This document shows, piece by piece, positions 28,990 to 37,164 of a DNA stretch of 64,000 nt (position 1 is its first letter; every line of letters begins with the position of its first letter). The notes beneath the pieces are model-generated. The model ran no database searches. It was given only the letters and a program-made list of their open reading frames with translations, and was not told the DNA's origin. The position numbers were made by a program, and so were the translations under genes. The stretch comes from Ignavibacteria bacterium. Its GTDB lineage: Bacteria > Bacteroidota > Ignavibacteria > UBA10030 > F1-140-MAGs086. The stretch covers positions 1,830 through 65,829 of the forward strand of contig VGWC01000004.1 of NCBI GenBank assembly GCA_016873775.1, read 5' to 3'.

Positions 28990-29883
28990 TTGCATAAACC
29001 TCACGATTCAAGCAGTAATATTCATACTGTTTTTGTTTTCTTTTTATTTTTTCTCGGCATACTTTCCGTTTCTATTATTGGATTGAAAGGTTGTTCTTAT
29101 TATTTGATTCCGATAGCTGAACGTCCATATCATGCGGATTACGATTTATGGAAACCTACGGGATTCATTGGGCATGGACTAGGTTTTCTTGGAACAGCAA
29201 TGATTATATTGGGTGTTTCTACGTATTCTTCGAGGAAAAGAATTCGTGCGATTTCGTCGTGGGGGAAAATCAGTTACTGGTTAGAGTTTCATATTTTTTT
29301 ATGTCTTGTGGGTCCCATATTCATAGTATATCATACTACATTTAAATTCGGCGGAATTGTTGCAGTAAGTTTTTGGAGTATGACTGCTGTAATGTTAAGT
29401 GGAATTGTCGGAAGATATTTGTATGTGCAAATTCCGAAAAATATTCGCGGAGTAGAAATGACGATAGAGGAATTATTAAACGAAAATTTTATTTTCACGA
29501 AGCGATTGCGAGAAGAGTATAAAATTTCGGAAGAGCTATTCAAACGTATGGAAATCGTTGTTTCGCTTGCGCGCGAAAAATCGCAAACGTTGCTTGGTGT
29601 GTTTGAGGAATTTTTTCTCAAGGGTTCGCAACGAAGAAACGTCCTTCAATTGTTGCAACATGAATTAGTGAAGGCAAACATTTCTACTCACGAAATCAAA
29701 AACATCGTTTCGCTTACGCGCAAGAAAATTATTCTTGAACAGCGGATAGCATTGCTCGAAGGAACGAGAAAATTGTTTCATTATTGGCATGTCATTCATT
29801 TACCGTTCACTATTGTTATGTTCATCATACTCGCAATTCATATTATTGTTGCGTTTCTGTTTGGCTATCGTTGGATTTTTTAA
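28990..29883 (+). CDS. Polytopic membrane protein with His in or near TM helices (cytochrome b/ferric-reductase-like)
   Basis: About 6 TM segments; 'IGHGLG', 'WLEFHIF', 'VYHT', 'WHVIHLP', 'AIHI'. Confidence 0.7.
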   Translation: MHKPHDSSSNIHTVFVFFLFFLGILSVSIIGLKGCSYYLIPIAERPYHADYDLWKPTGFIGHGLGFLGTAMIILGVSTYSSRKRIRAISSWGKISYWLEFHIFLCLVGPIFIVYHTTFKFGGIVAVSFWSMTAVMLSGIVGRYLYVQIPKNIRGVEMTIEELLNENFIFTKRLREEYKISEELFKRMEIVVSLAREKSQTLLGVFEEFFLKGSQRRNVLQLLQHELVKANISTHEIKNIVSLTRKKIILEQRIALLEGTRKLFHYWHVIHLPFTIVMFIILAIHIIVAFLFGYRWIF

Positions 29884-29925
29884 TAGCAGTTATTTTCTTA
29901 TTTCTTTATTGTAATAAACCATTGT

Positions 29926-30549
29926 ATGAAAAATAAACCAGTGCTTGTTTATGGAGGCATTATAGTTGTGTTAACGGTAGTAATTATTGTTGCAACTTTG
30001 AAAGAACAAAAACCGATACCGCAACAAATTTCAACTCCGCCGCAAAGCGAACTTCCTTTGAACCATCCGCCAATAGACGGAATGAACAACAATGCTGCGA
30101 AACCATCGAAGGAAAACGTCGCGCGGCGTGTGCAACAGGAAATTGAGAACTTACAACACTCAGTTGAAAAAGAACCAAACAATATTTCACTGTTGATGCA
30201 ACTTGCAAATTTTCTCTTCGATGCGCATCAAATGTCGGAGGCAAAAAAATATTACGAACGTATTTTACAACTCGATGCGAAAAATACGGCGGCACGATTG
30301 GAATTATCGGTTTGTTATTATCACGAACAGAATTTTCAACAAGCAATTTCTTTGATGAAAGAAATATTGTCGTATGAACCGAGAAATCAAGATGCTATGT
30401 ACAATCTCGGTTCGCTTTATGCTACAATGAAAAATGATGCGGAAGCATTAACTTGGTGGAAGCGCACGGTACAAGCAAATGATACATCTGAACTTGCAAA
30501 AAAATCGAAAGAGAATATTTCGTTTCTCGAAAATTCTTTAAAAAAATGA
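29926..30549 (+). CDS. Membrane-anchored TPR protein with LPxxHPP motif (cytochrome c maturation-like)
   Basis: N-terminal TM, 'LPLNHPPI', three TPR repeats. Confidence 0.75.
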   Translation: MKNKPVLVYGGIIVVLTVVIIVATLKEQKPIPQQISTPPQSELPLNHPPIDGMNNNAAKPSKENVARRVQQEIENLQHSVEKEPNNISLLMQLANFLFDAHQMSEAKKYYERILQLDAKNTAARLELSVCYYHEQNFQQAISLMKEILSYEPRNQDAMYNLGSLYATMKNDAEALTWWKRTVQANDTSELAKKSKENISFLENSLKK

Positions 30550-32186
30550 AGCGACTATTCTATGGTGGAATAGCAGTACTCTTATTTTGCGCGCACGCAT
30601 ATCCGCAAATTTCTCCCGGAAAACTTTCCAGCGCGCACGAATCGCTTGAAGGAATAAACAACTGCACGCAATGTCATAATTTAGGGAAAGAAATTTCCGG
30701 TGAAAAATGCTTGCAGTGCCATAAAGAAATACAACAACGAATCAATGCGCAGCACGGTTTTCATTTCAAAAAAAAAAATGAAGACTGCATTGTTTGTCAC
30801 AAAGACCATCGCGGGAAAGAAGTTTCGTTGCTTCGATGGGACAAAAAGAATTTTTTACACGACGAAACCGGATATGGTTTGGAAGGTAGACATCGCACGC
30901 TTAAGTGTGAACAATGTCATACGAAGAGCAATATTCGCGATGAAGATATTCTGAAAAAAAGCAATGCGTTTATTTCAAAAACGTTTTTGGGTTTGCATCG
31001 AGAATGTTTATCGTGTCACGAAGATGAACATCGCGGGCAATTGAATACCAATTGTTTGCAGTGTCATTCGTATGAGCAATGGAAACCTGCGGAGAAATTT
31101 TCTCATAACGAAGCGCGGTTTTTATTAAAGGGAAAACATGCAAATGTTCGTTGTCAAAAATGTCATACTGCAGAAATAAACGGAAATTTGGTACGATTGA
31201 AAACGTTTAAACCATTACAATTTCAGCAATGTCATTTCTGTCATAATGATGTTCACGGCGGGAAATTAGGCGCAAGTTGTAATTCTTGTCATTCTGAAGA
31301 TGGATGGAAAATTATTGCGGAAGGAAAATTTAATCATTCTAATACGCGGTTCCCGCTTTTAGGAAAACATCAAAATGTTGTTTGCGGCAAATGCCACAAA
31401 GAAAAGAGGGGAGAAAAAAAATTTTCTGATAGAACATTCGCTTTGTGCAGTGATTGTCATTCCGATTATCATCGCGGAGATTTTAAAGAGAGAGCAGATA
31501 AGGGCAAATGTGAAGGTTGTCATACGATTGAAGGATTTTCTCCATCTACGTTTTCAGTAGTTTTGCATAATGAAACAACGTTCAAACTAACAGGAGCGCA
31601 CGAAAAAATACAATGCAATCAGTGTCATAAAAAAGAAAATTCCGGATCGAAAGAAGAGTATATACGTTTTCGTTGGAAAGAATTACGTTGTCAAAGTTGT
31701 CATACTGATATACATAGTGGACAATTTGCAACGCGAATGAAAGACAAAGGGTGTTTGGAATGTCATTTGACAACAAATTGGAAGTCGTTATTGTTTTCTC
31801 ACGATTCAACTGTATTTCCGCTTGTTGGATTACATCAGGCAGTTTCTTGTAAAGAATGTCATAAAATTGTAACTTTGCAAAGCAATTTCAACTACATTCA
31901 GTTTACGGGAACACAGAAGCAATGTAATGAATGCCATACGGATGTTCATTTCGGGCAATTCAAACGTATAGAGAATAATCAAACAAAGTGTGAACAATGC
32001 CATTCTGCTCGAGGTTGGAGTTTTCTACAATTTGAACATAACACACAGTCACAATTTCGACTCGATGGAAAACACGCACAACTATTTTGTGAAGATTGTC
32101 ATAAGAAAACGACGCAAGATGGAAATACATTCACGCGGTACAAACCGTTATCACCTCTTTGCGAATCATGTCATGCAAAAAGATAA
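30546..32186 (+). CDS. Multihaem cytochrome c, 20 CxxCH motifs
   Basis: Signal peptide; 20 CxxCH counted; recurring 'F.H..T.F.L.G.H....C..CH' units. Confidence 0.95.
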   Translation: MKRLFYGGIAVLLFCAHAYPQISPGKLSSAHESLEGINNCTQCHNLGKEISGEKCLQCHKEIQQRINAQHGFHFKKKNEDCIVCHKDHRGKEVSLLRWDKKNFLHDETGYGLEGRHRTLKCEQCHTKSNIRDEDILKKSNAFISKTFLGLHRECLSCHEDEHRGQLNTNCLQCHSYEQWKPAEKFSHNEARFLLKGKHANVRCQKCHTAEINGNLVRLKTFKPLQFQQCHFCHNDVHGGKLGASCNSCHSEDGWKIIAEGKFNHSNTRFPLLGKHQNVVCGKCHKEKRGEKKFSDRTFALCSDCHSDYHRGDFKERADKGKCEGCHTIEGFSPSTFSVVLHNETTFKLTGAHEKIQCNQCHKKENSGSKEEYIRFRWKELRCQSCHTDIHSGQFATRMKDKGCLECHLTTNWKSLLFSHDSTVFPLVGLHQAVSCKECHKIVTLQSNFNYIQFTGTQKQCNECHTDVHFGQFKRIENNQTKCEQCHSARGWSFLQFEHNTQSQFRLDGKHAQLFCEDCHKKTTQDGNTFTRYKPLSPLCESCHAKR

Positions 32187-32205
32187 ATAGCGTTTCAGTT
32201 ACAAT

Positions 32206-34161
32206 GTGAAAACACTGCAACAATACATACGAAAAACAATATTTCGAGCATTGGTTGTTTTCGTAGTGAATGCACTTGTAAATATTGAAGAAGTGTATTC
32301 GCAAGAATCACCTCACGGAATACTTTCACTTCCGTGTGCAGATTGCCATTCGACAGATTCGTTTCGTGAATTGCGTAGAGATTTGCAATTCAATCACAGT
32401 GAACGAACAAGATTTCAACTTACTGGTCAACATAAAAATATTCGTTGCCAATCGTGTCATCATTCATTAAAGTTTTCAGAGGAGAAGGGTTCTCTGCAAT
32501 GTGTTTCATGTCATACAGACCAACATCGCGGCGAAGTTGGAAAACAATGTGAACGTTGCCACACTACACAAAGTTGGGTGGTTACGGATATAGTGGAGAA
32601 ACATCAAGCGTCGCGCTTTCCGTTATTAGGAATTCATCGAAGTGTAAGTTGTGTGCAATGTCATACGAATCAGCAAAAGAATGAATTTGTCGGATTACCA
32701 GTAGATTGTGCTGGATGTCATCGAGAGGACTATCAGCGTTCAAAATATCCTTCACACAACGCAGTGGGAATATCGTTCCAATGCGAAGATTGTCATCAAA
32801 TTACTTCATCGAAGTGGAATGTAACAACATTTCTTCATCCCAATATTTCTATTATAAACGAAGGCATTCATTCCACTCTCTCGTGTGAATCATGCCATAA
32901 TAAAAAAACGCTTGGTACTCCGAAAGATTGTTTTGGTTGTCACCAAAATTCGTTTGTGAACGCAGTAAATCCTAATCACGTAACAGGACAATTTTCGCAT
33001 GATTGTAAAGCGTGTCATACTGCGACGCAATGGAAACCTGCAACATTCAATCATATAGGAACACAATTTCCTTTGACGGGTTCTCATCAATCGGTTTTGT
33101 GCGAGCAATGTCATTCGAACGGCAATTATACTTCATTATCAAGCGAGTGTTTTAGTTGTCATGAATCGGATTTTAGCCAAACACAGAATCCCAATCATAT
33201 TGTATCTCAATTTTCACACAACTGCGAAACATGTCATTCTACAAATGGATGGCAGCCGGCAACATTCAATCACGCAACAACGCAGTTTCCATTGAGCGGA
33301 GCGCATCAAACAACGGCGTGTCAAGAATGTCATACCAATGGAAATTATACAAATCTTCCGATGGATTGCTGGAGTTGTCACGAAACAGATTTTTCACAAA
33401 CAACAAATCCCAATCATACGACAGCGCAATTTTCCCACTTGTGCGAATCTTGTCACAATACTGTTGGATGGCAACCGTCAACATTTAACCATACGAATAC
33501 ACAATTTCCATTGACAGGAGCGCACGTTGCTACTCCTTGTCAGCAATGTCATATCAATGGAAATTATACAAATATTCCAACCGACTGTTGGAGTTGTCAT
33601 GAACAGGATTATACGTCTGCAAACGAACCGCCTCATACATTGCCTAATTTTAGTCATACGTGCACTGAATGTCATACAACAGAAACGTGGGACGACGCAT
33701 CGTTCAATCACAGTGTTACTCAATTTCCATTAACAGGTGCGCATATTTCAGCAAGTTGTCAACAATGTCATGTGAACGGAAATTATACAAATGTTCCCAC
33801 AGATTGTTATCCTTGTCATCAAACCGATTTTACTTCCGCTCCTCAACATTCTTCGAAAGGATATCCGCATAATTGTACGACAAGCGCGTGTCATAACACA
33901 TCAAACTGGAATTCTGCATTTAATCATACTCCGGAATTTCCCATAGCGCAAGGAACAAAACACCGTCCCGGAAGATGGAATGTTTGCAGTGATTGTCATC
34001 CTAATGCAAACAATTTTTCAGTATTTACTTGTACAACTTCGTGTCATCCGCAAAATGAAATGAACAATGAACATAATGATGTAAGTGGCTATATTTATCA
34101 AAGTGCCGCATGTTATGATTGTCATCCAACAGGTGAAGAAGGTGTTTTTCAACGCAATTAA
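32206..34161 (+). CDS. Multihaem cytochrome c, 23 CxxCH plus one CX3CH and one CX4CH
   Basis: Counted motifs; about 73-aa tri-haem tandem repeats 'FNH..TQFPL.G.H....C..CH.NGNYT..P.DC.SCH..D....NPNH...QFSH.C..CH'. Confidence 0.95.
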   Translation: MKTLQQYIRKTIFRALVVFVVNALVNIEEVYSQESPHGILSLPCADCHSTDSFRELRRDLQFNHSERTRFQLTGQHKNIRCQSCHHSLKFSEEKGSLQCVSCHTDQHRGEVGKQCERCHTTQSWVVTDIVEKHQASRFPLLGIHRSVSCVQCHTNQQKNEFVGLPVDCAGCHREDYQRSKYPSHNAVGISFQCEDCHQITSSKWNVTTFLHPNISIINEGIHSTLSCESCHNKKTLGTPKDCFGCHQNSFVNAVNPNHVTGQFSHDCKACHTATQWKPATFNHIGTQFPLTGSHQSVLCEQCHSNGNYTSLSSECFSCHESDFSQTQNPNHIVSQFSHNCETCHSTNGWQPATFNHATTQFPLSGAHQTTACQECHTNGNYTNLPMDCWSCHETDFSQTTNPNHTTAQFSHLCESCHNTVGWQPSTFNHTNTQFPLTGAHVATPCQQCHINGNYTNIPTDCWSCHEQDYTSANEPPHTLPNFSHTCTECHTTETWDDASFNHSVTQFPLTGAHISASCQQCHVNGNYTNVPTDCYPCHQTDFTSAPQHSSKGYPHNCTTSACHNTSNWNSAFNHTPEFPIAQGTKHRPGRWNVCSDCHPNANNFSVFTCTTSCHPQNEMNNEHNDVSGYIYQSAACYDCHPTGEEGVFQRN

Positions 34162-34168
34162 CATTTTT

Positions 34169-35728
34169 GTGCGTTTAATTTTCCTATTCTTTCTCTTCGC
34201 CTCGTTCACGTTCTCTCAAATTACTACACAGAGTGGAAGTGTTACATACATTTCCTTAGGAAACGTGTATGTATCACGTCCTGAAAATGTGCAATGTAAC
34301 GAAGGTGATACGCTTTTTGTGCTTCGCGATAATTCGACGATTGCACATATTATCATTTCTGTCGCAAGTAGTAAATCTGTTGTCGGAAAATTTTTTCCGG
34401 ATTCAGCGACAATCAAAATCGGTGATACCGTGAGAGGTTTTCAGATGACCACCAAGAGCGTTTCATCGAAAAGACAAAAAGAACGAACCACAAATATTTT
34501 GAGTGAACAAAGAAACAATATTGTTCGTGGAAGAATTGCGTTGCAAAATATAAGTGTGAATAATTTCAATTTGAGCGAACGCTCATTTCATCAATCTGGA
34601 ATAGTTCTGAATTTAAATGTGCAACGTGTTTTCGGTTCACTATGGAATTTTTCGATGTACTTCAACTCGCAGTACATTTCTTCATCGCAAAAATTACGAT
34701 TGGGAAACACATCGCGAACGAGATTTCGATTGTTTGATTTTTCTTTTGATTATCCCAATACGAGCGAAGGATTTGCTTATTCGTTTGGAAGAGTGCGTTC
34801 CAAATATACTGTTGGTCTTGGAGCGTTTGACGGTGCGCAAATTATTTATTCGATGAAAGAATGGACATTTGGTATAGCAGGAGGAACGCAACCGGATTAT
34901 CGCACATCACGCATCGCCACTGAATATGTACGGTTTTCTCCGTTTATTCATTTTCAATCGGGAAACGTTTTCGGTTTTCAATATGATGGAACAGTTGCAT
35001 ACACGCGACAAATGTTCCAACTGCGATTAGATAGAGAATTTCTTTACATGCAAAATTCATTTTCTACTTCGCAGTGGTTTAATTTTTATCATAGCACAGA
35101 AATAGATTTGAACGACATCAAGAACGGTTTGCGGCAGAAGGCGATTCAATTCACGAACACATACATTTCCATCGGAAGTTCGCCGCTTGATTGGCTGTCG
35201 TTGAATGCGGGGTTTGATGCAACGAAAAATGTGTACTTGTTTGAAACGCATCGTTCGCTTGCTGATTCACTTTTTGACCGTTCGTTACAACAAGGATTTC
35301 GAATGAGTATGACAATTCGCTTGCCGAATAATTTTTCGTTGAACGGATTTTCCAATATTCGATTTCGTGAATCGGATGAGCGAACGTCGGTAAATAACGG
35401 CATCGGAATTCGCGCAAACAATATTCTCAATTCGCGTTTCAATGTTGGCGTTCGTAGTTCGCTTTTAAATGGAATTTTTACTGATGCGGCTACTGCAGGA
35501 ATTGATATTCATCGCGAAATTGCCAGCGGAATACAGGCAACAATAAATTTTGAACAGTATTTTTATGAACTGATGAACGGCGGAAATACTAATACGCTCA
35601 CAACAATCGGCGCAAATGTTTCTGGGCAACTTTCTTCAACATTATTTACTATCGCATCTCTCGAAAAAAATTTTGACAAGTTTGCGAACACGATGCGTGT
35701 GTTTTTAGAAATCGGTTATCGCTTTTAA
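34169..35728 (+). CDS. Outer-membrane beta-barrel (porin-like) with small N-terminal domain
   Basis: Likely GTG start 34169 (MRLIFLFFLFASFTFSQ); amphipathic strands; C-terminal EIGYRF beta-signal. Confidence 0.75.
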   Translation: MRLIFLFFLFASFTFSQITTQSGSVTYISLGNVYVSRPENVQCNEGDTLFVLRDNSTIAHIIISVASSKSVVGKFFPDSATIKIGDTVRGFQMTTKSVSSKRQKERTTNILSEQRNNIVRGRIALQNISVNNFNLSERSFHQSGIVLNLNVQRVFGSLWNFSMYFNSQYISSSQKLRLGNTSRTRFRLFDFSFDYPNTSEGFAYSFGRVRSKYTVGLGAFDGAQIIYSMKEWTFGIAGGTQPDYRTSRIATEYVRFSPFIHFQSGNVFGFQYDGTVAYTRQMFQLRLDREFLYMQNSFSTSQWFNFYHSTEIDLNDIKNGLRQKAIQFTNTYISIGSSPLDWLSLNAGFDATKNVYLFETHRSLADSLFDRSLQQGFRMSMTIRLPNNFSLNGFSNIRFRESDERTSVNNGIGIRANNILNSRFNVGVRSSLLNGIFTDAATAGIDIHREIASGIQATINFEQYFYELMNGGNTNTLTTIGANVSGQLSSTLFTIASLEKNFDKFANTMRVFLEIGYRF

Positions 35729-35733
35729 CGTAG

Positions 35734-37041
35734 ATGGAAACACTAATCACGCTGAGTATTTCCGTTCTCATCATCGCTCCCGTAATTTTTTTTTATCTTC
35801 GTTACAAAAAGAAAAAAAACAAAAAATTTAAACATCATTTACAACGGGCGATTGACAGTGGATTGAATGAAGTTGCAACACTTCATCCTTTGATCAATCA
35901 ATCGCTGTGCATTGGTTGCGGAACGTGTGTTGCATCGTGTCCTGAAAATGATGTGTTAGGAATTGTCAACGGAAAAGCCACGGTAATTTACGGCGCAAGA
36001 TGTGTTGGTCACGGATTGTGCGCTCAAAATTGTCCCGTTGGCGGAATCGAATTGGTTCTTGGAAATGCAACAACAAGCGTTGAAGTTCCTCACATCAAAG
36101 ACAACTATGAAACAAACGTGCAGGGAATGTATATCGTTGGAGAATTGGGAGGCGTTGGTTTGATTCGCAATGCAATCAATCAAGGAAGAGAGGTTATTGA
36201 GTACATTTCAACGCAAAAACGTTTGCAACAAAATATTCTCGATGTCGTCATTGTTGGTGCAGGACCTTCGGGATTGAGTGCGTCGCTTTCGGCGTTAAAA
36301 AATAATTTACAATTTGTAACTCTTGAACAAGAAGCGGATTTTGGCGGCTCTATTCTTCATTATCCGAGGAATAAATTAGTGCTGACTTCACCGGTGGAAA
36401 TCCCTTTGTACGGAAAACTGAATCTTTCTGAAATTACAAAAGAAAATTTGCTGCAAATCTGGAATGACATTATTGAAAAAACAAAACTCAAACTTCATTT
36501 CAATGAAAAAGCAACGGAGATAATAAAATCGAACGATGTTTTTTTTGTTCGTACTTCACAAAGCGAGTATCAGACGAAAAATGTTGTGCTTGCATTAGGA
36601 AGAAGAGGAACTCCGCGAAAACTTGGCATACCCGGCGAACAGCATTCCAAAGTAATGTACCGCCTGATTGAAGCGGAATCGTTTCAGCAATCGCATATTC
36701 TCGTTGTCGGCGGCGGAGATAGTGCAATTGAAGCCGCTGTTGGATTGGCACAACAATTGGGAAATACCGTAACGATTTCATACCGCAAAGATACGTTGAC
36801 ACGTTTGAAAGCGCGCAATCAGGCGAACATTCAGAAATATATTTCCGAAAAAAAAATTTCTCTTCTTTTCAATTCGTCTGTTCGGGAAATACACGAAAAA
36901 TGTATTGATATAGATGTAGCGGGAACAATACGTACGTTGCCTAATGATTATGTGTTTGTATTTGCAGGAGGAGAATTGCCGTTTGAGTTCTTAAAAAAAA
37001 TTGGTATTGAAATTGATTTACATAGAGGAGAATCAAAATAA
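35734..37041 (+). CDS. Membrane-anchored 2x[4Fe-4S] + FAD/NAD(P)H oxidoreductase (TrxB/YpdA-like)
   Basis: N-terminal TM followed by a poly-Lys stretch; CIGCGTCVASCP and CVGHGLCAQNCP; 'IVGAGPSG', 'VVGGGDSAIE'. Confidence 0.88.
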   Translation: METLITLSISVLIIAPVIFFYLRYKKKKNKKFKHHLQRAIDSGLNEVATLHPLINQSLCIGCGTCVASCPENDVLGIVNGKATVIYGARCVGHGLCAQNCPVGGIELVLGNATTSVEVPHIKDNYETNVQGMYIVGELGGVGLIRNAINQGREVIEYISTQKRLQQNILDVVIVGAGPSGLSASLSALKNNLQFVTLEQEADFGGSILHYPRNKLVLTSPVEIPLYGKLNLSEITKENLLQIWNDIIEKTKLKLHFNEKATEIIKSNDVFFVRTSQSEYQTKNVVLALGRRGTPRKLGIPGEQHSKVMYRLIEAESFQQSHILVVGGGDSAIEAAVGLAQQLGNTVTISYRKDTLTRLKARNQANIQKYISEKKISLLFNSSVREIHEKCIDIDVAGTIRTLPNDYVFVFAGGELPFEFLKKIGIEIDLHRGESK

Positions 37042-37164
37042 TTTGAGTACTTTAACCCGCCATTTTTCTTCATCTCCAGCATTTTTTTTTCGATTCAAGC
37101 ATCGAGAAAACTGTTATATTATTTTCATTTAAATTTAAAAACACATTAATAAGGAAATAAATGT

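Noticed and set aside
33040..33900. Regularly spaced DNA repeats resembling a CRISPR array
   Set aside because: They are in-frame coding repeats of the multihaem protein; there are no unique spacers and no cas genes
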